Below, piece after piece: positions 48,897 to 62,492 of a DNA stretch of 64,000 nucleotides; position 1 is the stretch's first letter, and the number at the start of each line of letters is the position of its first letter. A program made the translations under genes and the position numbers. The DNA lies in NCBI RefSeq assembly GCF_006345805.1, contig NC_043006.1, positions 16,802,001 to 16,866,000 on the forward strand, in the 5' to 3' direction. Source of the stretch: Octopus sinensis (Eukaryota). The notes under the pieces are model-generated. The model had not been told where the DNA came from, did not search any database, and was given only the letters and a program-made list of their open reading frames with translations.

Positions 48897-50730
48897 CTGG
48901 CAAAGAAAACGAAAATAATTGTAAAGCAATACATGAAAACAAAATCAAGTTTTAAAATTTCACATAAATAAGCATATCTATTTCCATATAAACACTCCAC
49001 ACCCATTCAATGTCGCTAAAGAAAGATTTCTAATGCTGTCTCTGAAGAATACAAAACTTCAAAGAAGGAAGAAACGGTTAAATGGTGGTTGTAACATCTA
49101 TGACAATCTCTAAGGAATTTCATATCATGCAAATGATACGAAATACCATAATTGGAAATGAAAACTCTGTTGTTGACTTGAATTGGAAACTGAAAAACAC
49201 TTCAATAAATTATTTTCAACAAAAAAAAAATCAATGGAAGAGACCCTAATTCTGTTTTTCTGTTGGATTCAGTCATAGGACTATGGCCAAGCTAGAATAC
49301 CCTTATCGCTTTGAATGTATTAGCCAATCCCAGTGGTTTATCTGGTTACCGACCTCATGAAAGACACACACACAAAAGGCAAGTCGTCCTTGCCTAAAAG
49401 GAGATAACATGGTCTAACCCAAATACAAGATTTTTCTTTTTGTGATTACTGCACCAATTTTGTTTACCCACACACACACAACACAACTGACAGGCTTCCA
49501 GTTCCATTGTACCAAATTTTACTTAAGGTTTTGTTTGGTTAACTTGAAGTAGATGAACAGTGAAACTGAACCCAGATTCAGGCAGTTGCAAAGCCAGCTT
49601 CTCATCCACACAGACATACTTGTCTATATAACAACAGTTGGATACACTAAACACAAACTTAACAAAAACAAAGACAAATAAGAACACAAAACAGTTTGGA
49701 AAGGTTTTTAAATGTCAGCCCAAGGGACTCAAACCGATATGAAGGTCAATTTAATAAAAAAAGAAGAAATAAAGGTGGAGGCATGGCTGTGTGGCAAGAA
49801 GCTTGCTTCCCAACCACATGGTTCCAGATCCAGTCCTATTGCATGACACCTTGAGCAAGTGTTTTCTACTAAAGCTTCAAGCTAACCAAAGCCTTGTGAG
49901 TGGATTTGGTGGACAAACTGAAAGAAGCTCCTCATTGAGCCAAATATGTCAACACCAACATCAAAATCAAATGGAAATTGTAGTCAAGATATCCATGCCG
50001 GTGGCACGTAAAAAGCATCATCCGAATGTGGCTGATTCCAGCGCCGCCTGACTGGCATCCGTGTTGGTGACACGTGTAAAGCACCAACCGATCGTGCTGT
50101 CTGCTGGCCTCCTCTGGCCTGTGCCGGTGGCACGTAAAAAGCACCCACTACACTCACGGAGTGGTTGGCATCAGGAAGGGCATCCAGCTGTAGAAACATT
50201 GGCAGATCAGACTGGAGCCTGGCGCAGCCGCCAGGTTTCCCAGACCCCAGTCAAACTGTCCAACCCATGCTAGCATGGAAAACGGACATTAACGATGATG
50301 ATGATATATATATAGATATATGTGTGTGTGTGTATATACGTGTATATGTATATATATGTATAGATATGTGTGTGTGGGTGTGCGTATATGTATATCTGTG
50401 TGTTTTGTGTCTGTGTTTCCCCCTCCATCACCACTATTGGTGTGTTTACATCCCCATAACTGAGCAGTTGAGCCAAAGGAACAGATAGAATAAGTAGTAG
50501 GCTCAAGAAATAAGTCCTGAGGTTGATTTGTTTAATTAAAACCCTTCAAGGTAGTGAGTGCTCCAGCATGGCTGCAATCAAATAACTGAAACAAGTGAAA
50601 GAATAAATAAAATCAGCTCTCACGTTTTTGAGCATAAAACATTTTTAAAATATTTATAGCAGTTGTTAACACTAGGCCATTGAACAAAAGTTAATAAGGG
50701 TATTTAATTGATTTGCTTCTCAAAACTAAC

Positions 50731-50836
50731 CTATTAGATTTCCCAGCGTCATAAACTTTCATCCATTTTACCAAACAGGTCCTTTCGGCATGATTGCAAC
50801 TATAAACCACCCCATAGATATTACTGGTAGCAGAAT
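50731..50836 (-). CDS. UBE2O: UBE2O exon (DSATSNIYGVVYSCNHAERTCLVKWMKVYDAGKSN|R), 106 nt, phase 1-2
   Basis: ttttcag acceptor and gttagt donor; YGVV..RTC.VKW motif. Confidence 0.96.
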
Positions 50837-51162
50837 CTGAAAAAAAAGTCACAAACCACATAAAAAATTTGGTTCCTAACATATGAAGTAGGAGCTTCAT
50901 ATTCAATAGTTAACTGTAAACATTAAGTCTGGTTCTGGCAAATATAAAATGTGGACAAAACCTTATTTTCGATAAGTCATGAATTAAAGAATTTAACCAG
51001 CAATAAATTTCTTTCTTCACAAATTCAAATATTAGACGAATCACTTCACTGAAGACATTGAATAAAGTTGCTGAAATAATTATCAAAAAATACGTTAAGC
51101 CAAAAAACTTTTTTGAGAGAGAAAGAGAGAAAGAAAAAGAGAGCAAGAGAACGAAAGCTTAC

Positions 51163-51265
51163 CCTTTGCATCCAAAACGTAATCTCCAGGAAAAAATTCT
51201 AATTCATCTAAATGGTGAATAGGAAATAATTCTGGAGATGGTATCCCTAATTCTATTGAACCATC
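51163..51265 (-). CDS. UBE2O: UBE2O exon (DGSIELGIPSPELFPIHHLDELEFFPGDYVLDAK), 103 nt, phase 0-1
   Basis: tctatag acceptor and gtaagc donor; LFP.HHLD..EF.PGD.V motif. Absent from the ORF track because it has no start codon. Confidence 0.96.
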
Positions 51266-53080
51266 CTATAGAAAAACAATTTAGAACACTTTACTAAAAA
51301 AAATTTTTTGGTGTGTTTTTTGTTCATGATTACAAAAAAACAAAACAAAAAAAAAACAATTGATCATTAATTGCTGTCAACATATTTTAGTAACAATAGT
51401 AAAACAGTAGAAAATTCAAGCTTATATTATTATTATTACTGTTTAACCCTTTAGTGTTCAGATTATTCTATCAAACATAATGCCTATTGATTCCCATTGA
51501 TTTGAATTAATCATGCATTATCTCATATCTTCAAGATCTTGATGGTGTAATTACTTAATGTAGAATAACATTATAGGGTAGGTGTGAGAGCCTGGATCTG
51601 GTCAGTTTGAACATAAAACAGATTAGCTATTTTGGCCGGATATGGCCGGTTTAAATACTAAAGTAACTTTAGTTACTATATTTCTATTGAAATGTAGTGT
51701 CTTTGTTTCAGTATTAATCTGGTATTTGGAACATAAATTAACACGGAATTTTGAGGGAAGGTTTTAACTTAAATCACTTTAAATCCAAGATCATATCTTT
51801 GAATCAGAGGCAGCCTAAGGTATGTTGGTATCACAAAGGTGAAACAAATTAAGGATTCTGGTGAGTTCCATTTCTGTGTTGCTAACATCACTTCTCATAC
51901 ATGAAGTAGCAACAGTCTATGCAGAAAAGTTGAAAAAGCTAATTCCAAAGCCTAGTAAAATATTTATTGAGCAGCTACAGGTAATAGTTATTCCTTTAAC
52001 TTTTAACCCTTTTGATACCAACCCACCTGAGACTTCTCTTGGATCTATGATACAACTTTCTTGTTTCAAAGTGATCTAAATTTAAACCATCAAAATTTCA
52101 TTGTTATGTATCAAACACTAACTTAAGGACATTTTTCTTTTGCTAAATTCATTATTGAGAGAAATTTTTTTCTTTTACAGTTAAATGTCACTACAAAAGT
52201 TTCCACCAAAGCTTAATTCTAATAAAGAACAAAATTACAAGCTTGGAAACTGTAAAAATGTATTTTTGTTAATATTAGTCAAAAACAGCTGACCCATATC
52301 ACAGTAAATTGAATAGTAAATTGGAATACAACAACAACATAACATAACATATCTCCAAATAAAATTTCCATCATGAAATTAGAAACAAAATATTAAGTCA
52401 AATGAACTAACAAAAAAAAAAAAAAGACAATTCCAAAGGGAAATTTAGTAGCTGAAACATGTTTAAAAAATTTTTGTATTCAGAAAATACATCAGGAGTT
52501 TCTATTGTTATTGGTTTCAGAGCATCATCAGAAACTTCACCATTTTTCAATGTTGGCATTTAAGCTAGCTCTTTATTTTGCAGATAACTACCACCCAACA
52601 CATGCACTTCTGCCTGTCTCAGAGGTATTAAAAAAGATTATGGCTTCTACTCTTTTCTTCTGAATAAGCAAGATGCAGACAGGGTTGTATAGTTATGAAG
52701 CTTTTTCCAAAGCCATGTGGTTTCAGGTTCAGGCTAACGGTGCAGTATTTTGGGGGAAGTGTCTTCTACTATAAATAAAGCCTTGTGAGTGAATTTGATA
52801 GACAAGAGTCACTGTCATGCAAGCAAAGCTGTGGAACTGAACCCAAAACCTTCTGGTTGGGAACCAAACTTCAATCATTTTGGAGGAAAAAAATAATATA
52901 CATAAACAGGTGCAGGTGTGGTAAGAAGCTTCCTTCTTAACCACATGGTTCCAGGTTCACTCCCACTGCACCTTGGGCAAGTGTCTTCTACTCTAGCCTC
53001 GGGCCAACCAAAGCCTTGTGAGTGGATGTGGTAGATAGAAACTGAAAGAAACCTGTTTTATGTGTGTATGTGAGTATATA

Positions 53081-53942
53081 CAGAGTGCGGTGAATAAACT
53101 GTCATCTAAATTATGCAAAAATGAAAATAACACTGAAATCTCATTTTAACAGGTATATTTACCAAAATTACATAAAAATATCTTGAAATAACTCAAGAGT
53201 AAATTTATTCAATAAAATCCCTATTGGCTTCAACCATGGTCTCTAGACAACATCAGAATCTCCTGCAACTCTTCTGGATGGTCTCCTTATTTAAGTTGGT
53301 CAATGCTGCCAAAATCCTTGCCAGCAGTTCATCGTTGGTGTTACAAGTTTTGCTGGTCTCTCACTCAACTGTGCCCACACATAATAATCAAGGGGGTTGC
53401 AGTCTGGGGAGTTAGGTGACCAGATGTTAGGGGGTGATGTGGTCACAGAAATTGTCTGACAGCCATGACTGGGTTCTACTTGTGTGGCATAGCACAGAAT
53501 CCTGTTGCCAGACATAGGATCTTCCAGCAGCCAACCTCTTGATCCAGGGCAACATTACCACCGCCAGGCACTTGATGTAAGCCTCTGTGTTGAGTCTGAG
53601 GTCATGTGGGAAGATGAATGGAAGTATAACATTGCCATTGCTAGTAATCACTCCAAACACCATTATGTTGGCTGGATGTTTGATTTTTATCACTCTTGGT
53701 ACATGTCCTCAGACTAACACCCAAACACTCTGAAATGTTCGTATTGAAGCTTCTGACACAAATGCCAAGCAGTACAGCTTGTCATTTCCAAATTTCTGGC
53801 AGAATGAATTGCATCATGGTGCTGTTTTCCTCACAGACGGTGCCCAACTGACCCTACTATACTGTGTAGTCGACAAAATCAAAAACAAACAATGCTTGAA
53901 ATTAAAAATATAAAATGGCGACAATTTACCCATCACACCCTG
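53081..53942 (-). mobile_element. Tc1/mariner maT-type (DD37D) transposon, internally deleted
   Basis: Imperfect 26-bp TIRs and a left TA. Remnants KHPANIMVFGVITS..WQQDS..HTS..NIWSPNSPDCNPLDYYVW; the D-to-D spacing is about 37 once the frameshift is allowed for. Confidence 0.85.
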
Positions 53943-54244
53943 TGTGTGTTTGTGTTTATGCTTGTACCCCCACCATCGCTTGACAACCAATGCTGGTGTG
54001 TTTACGTACCTCTAACTTAGTGGTTCGGCAAATGAGACCGATGGAATAAGTACTAGGCTTACAAAGAATAAGTCCTGGGGTTGATTTCTTTGACTAAAAA
54101 AACCCTTTAAGGCAGTGCTCCAGCATGGTCACAGTCAAATGACTGAAAAAGTAAAATACATGTGTGTGTGGTGTGTGTGTGTGTATATATATATATATAC
54201 ATACATATATATGTGTAGTACAAAAACAAAACAAAAAAAATTAC

Positions 54245-54809
54245 CTGCCAGACAACATTAACTAGAGAAAAAGTGTAACAGACTTCTACAGGTATTTTTT
54301 CCCCAGGTTTCAACTCCCTTTCAGGTAAAATCAATTTCTGACGGGCCTTTCTCCCTCGCACTCTCTTCATAAGACGGGTCTTCAGTGCAGGACCATGCTG
54401 AAAAGCTCTCTTCCTGCGTAGCGAAGAACTAGAAGCATTCGATTGTCCAGACGCGGAAGCTTTATCAGATTCCTCCTCGTCCTCTAGTTCCTCGTATTCT
54501 TCAAGATTCTCAATTTCATCAATGCTCGTCACACACACATTATCGATGACTTCAGGTACACACTGGTCGTTGGCATCAGGTGTCACTGTTGACTCGTTCT
54601 CATGACTTCTATCTTTTACCTTCTTCATATTATTTGGTGTAAAGCCATTGACTAGGCTGTTCTTGCAAGCATCCCCTCCATTTTGTAAGTCGGGGGGGTT
54701 ATGATATTTTGGTTGGCTCTTTAGTACAACATCACTCTCCGTGATTGTATAGTAACATTTGTCTCCGATTTGAATAGAGCTGTGGTGAAACCAATCTAAT
54801 TTCTGCATT
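54245..54809 (-). CDS. UBE2O: UBE2O exon (R|MQKLDWFHHSSIQIGDKCYY..PVEVCYTFSLVNVVWQ), 565 nt, phase 2-0
   Basis: tttttag acceptor and CAG|gtaatt donor; joins VVWQ to DGS of the next exon (VxWQDG motif); includes a basic NLS-like LRRKR..KRVRGRK. Confidence 0.95.
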
Positions 54810-55166
54810 CTAAAAAAAATTAAAAAAACAAATTTAAATTACATCAAAACATTTTTAATTACTGCAAAGGAACCCAACATTTATTAGAGGGAGATAAAGA
54901 AATAACACAAGTTAAATAATGTAAACAGAGCTTGAGCTTTGCCACCACGTGGTTTCAGGTTCAATCTCACAGGGCAACATGTTGGGTGAGTGTCTTCTAC
55001 AATTCTACAATAGCCCCAGGCTAACCACAGCTTGAGGGAATTAGGTGGATGAAAACTGTATGGAAGCCCGTTGTGGGTGTGTGTGCACTCTACACCATCG
55101 CTTGACAACTGTTTGTTTGTTTGCATCCACATAATTCATCAAGGTAGGAACAGGCTTGTTCTCGTA

Positions 55167-55401
55167 AGGCGGCGAGCTGGCAGAAACGTTAGCACGCCGG
55201 GCGAAACGCGTAGCCGTATTTCGTCTGCCGTTATGTTCTGGGTTCAAATTCCGCCAAGGTCGACTTTGCCTTTCATCCTTTCGGGGTCGATAAATTAAGT
55301 ACCAGTTACGCACTGGGGTCGATCTAATCGACTTAATACCTATATCTGTCCTTGTTTGTCCCCTCTATGTTTAGCCCCTTGTGGGTAATAAAGAAATAGG
55401 T
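55167..55401 (+). mobile_element. Type-B SINE, young, with 11-bp TSD
   Basis: TSD ttgttctcgta at 55156-55166 and 55402-55412. Confidence 0.93.
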
Positions 55402-55998
55402 TTGTTCTCGTAGAGATGATACAGGCTGTATGTTATCATGGCCTTTAAACCTGGACTAACTTTTACTCAAATGTATTTTGCACATGAGAAAACAATAGCT
55501 CACAAATGTTACTGTAGCCACTGTGCCTGTCCCATGCAAATTTCAAACAGTAAATGCATAACTGACTGCTAACCTTCACATTTCCAACTAACTGAACAGC
55601 CATTTGTGGTCACACACAATCCTTATTATCTTTTGATCAACACCAAAACTTTTTTTCCCCAAAGTCCTTCAACTCGAAAAAGAATTAAGTCAACAGCGAA
55701 GAAAGGATTGACTCTTTAAAACTGTTCTTAAGACTTCATTTTTATTTTATATTACATCAGAAGAACAGTAGCATTATTGGCTTCAAGTTTCCAATAAGCT
55801 TAATCACAGTGACAAAGGAGTGAATGTAGCTCAGTGAAGAACAAATATCACAAAGAACTTCATTCAAAGAATACTAGATTTTAAAAATGTCTCTTGGTTA
55901 TATTTTACATCCAATGCTGGAGAAAAATGGTGTGCATGAATGTGTCAAGGTGCCACACTGGAATTCAACCTGAACAACAAAGTTGTAAAACAAACTTC

Positions 55999-56401
55999 GG
56001 ATCTTTTCGGTTTGAACGGCAGTTTTTTCTAGCAGTGTCATATGAAATTGTCACCCATAATTATGAACCTAGTATCGATCTATTGCATTTCAATCTATTT
56101 TAGGGTTAGGGTTAGAGTATCATTTTTCTTCACAAATGTAAATAAACCCAATCTTTTTCTTAAACGAGGGACATATTCATACGGCACAGAATGTTGTTTA
56201 CCTCAATGGAAGTCAGTGATTGGTTGAAATTGCAGAAATTGAAGAAAAAAAACAACAAATATCTTACAAACTATAGAATTTTCTCAATAAAGCCAAGAGA
56301 AAAAGATGTTTTATAAACACATTCTACCAGTATACGAAGTTTAAAATTTTTTAGTTACCTAAAAATTATGTTAAAAACTGCCGTTCAAACCAAAAAGATC
56401 C
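55999..56401 (+). mobile_element. GGATC-TIR MITE, copy C, with perfect 8-bp TSD
   Basis: TSD caaacttc at 55991-55998 and 56402-56409. Confidence 0.93.
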
Positions 56402-57044
56402 CAAACTTCTTATACCACATGGCTATGCTTGGCCCGAAGCAGGCCTTAAACATTGTAATGCAGAAGATACAGCCGCATCAAATAAAGGTCATATCATCAT
56501 CTTCATTTAATGTTTGTATTCTATACTGGCAGAGGTTGAACAGTTTGGCAGAATTCAAGGAACCAGAAGACTGCACTGAACTCTTTGTAGCAGCTTTGGC
56601 ACGATTGCTACAGTTGGATGCCCATCCTAATACCAACCACTTTACAGAGTGTACAGGGTACCTTTTTACATAGCGCCAACATTAACAAGGTCACCCAGTA
56701 ACTCACAAGACAAGACCTTCCCTGACAGAGTAAGGGATGCAGTATTGAGGGAGATGACTTTATGCCAGGTGTTGAGAGGTTAAAGTATGTTAGAGGGACA
56801 GGAACAGTGGTCTTGTTGCAGAAGAAATACAAAATACAAGGCTGCTCCAGTAGGAAAGGGAGAAAGGATGGTGGGGATGAGGTGTCAGGGTGTGCCCTCA
56901 AAGTACAAGAAGGTGGGTATAAAAGAGAACAGGGACAGAGGGTTGAGGATGACAGAATGTTCGTGAGAATGCTAAAAGAAAGTGACGGACAACAGAGATG
57001 AAGCTAGAAGTGAAGAGTAAATAAGGATAGTTGTTTTTGTTTGT

Positions 57045-57325
57045 TCCTTCTCAAGCCATGCCTGGCTCATAAGGGCCAGTTTCCCAGTTTCCTTGGCGTA
57101 TAGGTTCCCCACCTGGACGGGACGCCGGTCCGTCACAGGTGAGCTGCAAGATGCAGGAAGAAAGAGTGAGAGAAAGTTGTGGCGAAAGAGTTAGCAGAAG
57201 TTCTGCCATTACCTGCTGCCGGAGCCGCGTGGAGCTTAGGTGTTTTCACTCATAAACACACACATCACCCAGTCTGAGATTCGAACCCACGATCCCTTAA
57301 CCGCGAGTCCGCTGCTCTAACCACT
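57045..57325 (-). mobile_element. SINE with type-A head and body but a different 3' part
   Basis: 57160-57325 matches type A; 57045-57140 does not. Confidence 0.75.
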
Positions 57326-57905
57326 AGGATAGAGGTATAGACAACAGTGAATCTCAGTTAGGGAGAAGGTAAGGAAAATAGGAGTGGGTCAGGTAGGAGC
57401 AATCACATAACAGTAAAACAGTAGATAGGTAAAAAATAAGGAGATGATGAGAAGTCTGGAGAGATAGAGAGAGAGAGAGAGAGATGATGTACAGTGACAG
57501 AAATGGGGGTCAGAAGCACATAAGGGTAGATATAGTGAATGACTAAATGAAAAGTAAGAACTGATCAAGCAATTAACATGAATAGATTAATTTTAGATTT
57601 TTTTTTTTATTATTGCACAGCTCAACTAAATCATCATTTCCTATTTCAGCAAACAATACAAGATTATTACTAATAGTTTAAACAAATCAAATACCTGAAA
57701 AATCTGTCTTTAATTTCCAGTTAGTTTTATCTTTATCATAACTTTGGGAACAGAAATTATTTTACAGAAAAAGAGGGGGAAAAATAAAACATTATGATTG
57801 ATGGACAATTTTTTTGTACTTATAAAAAGTAGCAAAGCATTTTCAAGGTTAAATTCAGATAAGTTAAAAGGAAAAAGAAAAGATTGTTATGGTGAATGTT
57901 GTTAC

Positions 57906-58009
57906 CTTTTTATATCGTCTTTCTTAACAATAAATGGTGGTGCTTCAACATTGGAACCATTTTTAAACCCACAACAAGACCAATGCACTTCAACGTCTTT
58001 GGTTTTCAC
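57906..58009 (-). CDS. UBE2O: UBE2O exon (VKTKDVEVHWSCCGFKNGSNVEAPPFIVKKDDIK|R), 104 nt, phase 0-2
   Basis: attttcag acceptor and gtaaca donor; phases fit both neighbours. Confidence 0.93.
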
Positions 58010-58071
58010 CTGAAAATAATAATCTATTTATTGACAATAAACTATGACTATAGATTCATGTTCAAAGTATA

Positions 58072-58285
58072 TATTTCTTTACTGCCCACAAGGGGCTAAA
58101 CATAGAGGGGACAAACAAGGACAGACAAAGGGATTAAGTTGATTACATCAACCCCAGTGCGTAACTGGTACTTAATTTATCGACCCCGAAAGGATGAAAG
58201 GCAAAGTCGACCTTGGCGGAATTTGAACTCAGAACGTAACGACAGACAAAATACCGCTAAGCATTTCGCCCAGCGCGCTGACGCT
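58072..58285 (-). mobile_element. Type-B SINE
   Basis: Reverse complement of 55167-55401. Confidence 0.9.
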
Positions 58286-60430
58286 TCTGTCAGCTCACTG
58301 CCTTATATTTCTTTTATTAAAAAAATGACTAAATCAGTTAAAAATACTTCAAAGAGAATATATACTATTTCTACCAGCACTAAATGATTATATATGGCTT
58401 CATCATCATTTAGCCCCATGATAATGGTTTTTTTTTTTTAATCAAACAACTAGGTTGCATTCTGCCAGCCTGTACCTTTGAATCACTGGAATATGATCAT
58501 TGCTATCGGAATCATCCGATTCTGAACTAGGAAAATACTCACTCTCTGAGTCCTCATCCAAACCAGAAGAAACAAATGGTGAGGTGGTGTAGCTTGGTGC
58601 AACAACCGTAAATTTGATGAAACAGGACGCAACGATGAAGTTGACAGAGCTGGAGTGGCAGGGACCAGCCTATTGGTTTGTAAACATTTACACGAAACAT
58701 CTAATTGACCTATCAGTTGGCAGGTGGACTAGTACTAACTCAGGTGGTACATAATTATGTCGACCAATTTAAAGCATGTATATTGCATGTGAAAATTTAC
58801 GTCAACTGTTTTAAAATGGTTAATGTCAGTCCTCCTTGCTGGCATGGGTTGGGTGGTTTAACAAAATCTAAAGAACTGGAGGACTGCATCAAGCGCCAAT
58901 GTCTACTTTGGCAGGATTTCTATGGCTAAGATGCTCTTCCTAATACTAAGAGTGTATTGTGCTTTATTCATGACACCAGTACCAGTCCAGTGAGGTCACC
59001 AAGTAACTTGCAAGACAAAAGAAAAAGCCCTCTCAACTGAGTGTGGTTATAGTGGAAGGGGAGTTGGCTTTGTGCTAGGTGTCGAGAAGCTAAGTATGAT
59101 AGAGGACATGTACAGATGTCATGCTACAAGAGAGATACAAGCTACTTCACATTATACAGAAGTATCTCACTACGAGACAAATGTGAGAGATAACTTCCTA
59201 AATGTGTCAGGTAAAGAGGGTGATTTGAGTGACTGCAGTCTTAGGCTGACCAGTGTTATTAAGTTAAGCACTTCACTCGATTCATCAGGGCACATGTCTC
59301 CCTAACTGGAGAAAAACCCTATCTGGACTCCACCTAGCAACATCTATTCAGTACTGACCTTTGTTTCAGGGGATTTGCCTCACTCACTGCACTTGGTCAG
59401 TGGGTTGGCAACAGTACTTCTTAGGCACCCAAACAAGATTTAACTGAATGTAGAGAGCCAGAACAAATAACATAAAGCATCTAGTTCTGACATTCTAACA
59501 GTTCCGCCAATCCACCACGCTGGATGAGTACTTCTTTACTTATTCACCCCTGAAAGGATGAAGGGAAAAGCTGACCTCTACCGAATTTTATCTCAGACTA
59601 CTACTAATCAAGACAAATACGACAAAGTTTTCAATCTGCCATTTTAATGACTCTGCCAACTTAATGTCTCAACAACAATGGTAATTACAACGGAAGTAAT
59701 AATGTTGCTGTAGCCACAGTGCCTTGTGGTAAAAGATAATGATGACTTCCATGCTGAAAATGCTGATGGATGTTCAGCATCATCATCATTTAATGTCCAT
59801 TATCCATGCTGCTATGGGTTGGACAGTTTGACAGGAGCTTGTAAGCCAGGGGACTGTGGCAAACTCTACTGTCTGCTTTGGCATGGTTTCTATGGCTGGA
59901 TGACCTTCCAAACATCAACCATTTTACAGAGTGGAAAGTGGTTGAAATAAGGTAATCCAGCAGTAGAAACTACAATAAAGATTGGCACAGTCCTCTGGCT
60001 TACCAACACCTGTGCGAATATGAAAATTTGAATATCCCAGACATGCTAACCTGGACAAAAAACAGAAAAGAAAAAGCCTATCATCATCATCATCATCGTT
60101 TAACGTCCGTTCTCCATGCTAGCATGGGTTGGATGGTTCGACCGGGCATCTGGGAAGCCAGAAGGCTGCACCAGGCTCCGGTCTTATCTGGCAATGTTTC
60201 TACAGCTGGATGCCCTTCCTAACGCCAACCACTCTGTGAGTGTAGTGGGTGCTTTTTACGTGCCACCTGCACAGGTGCCTAATTGGAAAGAATTGAATTT
60301 TAGAAGCTCAAGCATAAAAGTTGATGCAGTCTACAATTTTACTGTCAATAACGAATCAACTGAAGAGTGAAGTGAATAGAAACAATGGCTAAAAACGAAA
60401 ATTGGTTAATTATTTGATGTAAGAGCTCAC

Positions 60431-60589
60431 CTCTTCCACAATTGCAATAACATTCATACGAGGTTTATTGTGTGCAGTGTTTTTATTGTAAAGATGAGTT
60501 GTCTGAATCCACTCAACATCTCGAAGGTCACCCATCACACCGCGAAGCTGTTGCCCAGGATAATAATACCGGTTTACAAATTCTGTATG
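60431..60589 (-). CDS. UBE2O: UBE2O exon (HTEFVNRYYYPGQQLRGVMGDLRDVEWIQ..NVIAIVEE), 159 nt, phase 0-0
   Basis: ctctcag acceptor and gtgagc donor; YPGQ.L.G..V.W motif. Confidence 0.95.
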
Positions 60590-60682
60590 CTGAGAGAAAG
60601 AAAGAGAAATGTAATGAAGATGATTAAGCAGCAGGATTAAGGCAAAAAAAAAAAAAACATCTAAAATTGTTCTAGTGCTTAA

Positions 60683-60896
60683 CCCTTTCATTACTGTATT
60701 TATTTTGAGATGTTCTGTGTTTCTTTCAATTACTTTAAATACAACAAAGAATTTAGTAAAATAACTTAGTTATCATTCAGCTAGTGTTAGAAACATAACT
60801 TGTGACTAAGGTTTGGTGGAAGATTTTAATTCAAAACTTATGAAAACAAGACATTTGTACTCAGAGCCGGTTTCAGCCAGGTTGGTAACGAAAGGG
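60683..60896 (-). mobile_element. piggyBac-like MITE
   Basis: TTAA on both sides; CCCTTTC/GAAAGGG ends. Confidence 0.9.
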
Positions 60897-62492
60897 TTAA
60901 AATAAATGAAATTTCTCATGATGCACCAATTAAATCTAACCTCCCTCAACCAAACTAACAAAAAATCTTCTAAGTAGTCACCCAATCCAACTGAAATAGC
61001 AGCGAAATCTCACTCAAATAGTGCTACCATCTGAAATAAAAAAACAAAAGTAAAGACACACTGGTTAATGCAGTCCACAATAGACTGTCTGAAGGAGAGG
61101 TCAAAAATTATCCCTTCTATTGTAGGCACAAGGTCTGAGATTTTAGGAGACTGGCTAGTTGATTACATCAACCCCCAGTGCACAATTGGTGATTATTTCA
61201 GAGCCCTAAAATGATAAAAGACAAAGTCAACCCTGACAGAATTTGAACTCTGTACATAAAGATGGATGAAATGCCACTAAGCATTTTGTCCACCATGCTA
61301 ATGATTCTGCCAGCTCACCACCTTGGAGAATACAAAAATAATGACAACCAAGTGTTGTAGCTGGACAATGATAGCTAAAATACTTGATTTTGGGTCTAGT
61401 TCATTAGAGCTTACCTGGAAGGGATCAAACGACAACTTCCTTTAAATAAAACAGCTATCAAAGTGTCATACTTAACATTTATAGATCAAATGAAAGGCCT
61501 GATGCTGTGGCTTGTGTTAAGTATGATACATAGATGGCTATTTTAATTGAAAGCTCTTTCAATTGCATTCACTGACTTTTTATGCAGCCTGGGCAGCTAT
61601 TCACTATATCAGTAAAAGTATTATTCACAGTTTCCTATAAAATGGAGGTGAAAAATTTCATTTATGCATATCGCTGCAAATACATATTATTGACATAGCC
61701 TAAAAAGGCTGAAATGTATCTAACATTCACATAAATCACTGCTGGGATGATTTCGTTTTTGTCTTGCTCAAATATATATTGTGTTTATAACAGCTCATGT
61801 CTATGATGAGATTTTATCTCAGACATAAACTACAGCACCATGCCTTTCAACAGTGTCTGTAAAGTACAATACACAGATGGTCATTTCAATTCAATACCAT
61901 TTCAATTGTGTACACTAAGTTGTCCTTTTATCATACATTCTATGCAAGAGTCCAACCCAAATCATCAGTAAACTTAGAGTTACCTTTTTTCTTCTTCTAA
62001 GCTTCATTTTAAAACATTTTCTTTTCTTTTATGGTTTTTCATCCATTTTAACCCCTACCCCACCCCTAACTATATGGGTGGGAAGATATATTTTTTGGGG
62101 TGATTAGTTCGCTTTACACCTTAATATTTTTCCTACTGCTAGGCAGTCAATCATGAAGAAGTGGAACCTATTTTTCCTCAAAGTCAAGTAAATTGGAGCT
62201 AAGAGAGTTAAGTATCTTACTTCAGAGCACAACCCAATGAAAGTAATCAAATCTAAGTCATGTGACAATGCGCCCAGCACCTTAATGAAGCCCCACAGCC
62301 ATGGTTAACGACAATAACTGCTACCTAGATACTATAGTAATGATTTATCTTGACTGAGTGACTGCTCTTCTTTTACTGGTAATTAGTTGATTATTTTGAT
62401 TAATCTTCAACCAATTGAATACTATTTTAATTCAAGCAAAAGTTGAAGCCAATTTGTGATAAAATAAATGCCAAGCCTTATATGCAACATTT

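Noticed and set aside
61415-61439. 25-nt micro-exon candidate (tttaaag|..CCAG|gtaagc)
   Set aside because: It would shift the frame between exons 62896-62956 and 60431-60589, which already join in phase.
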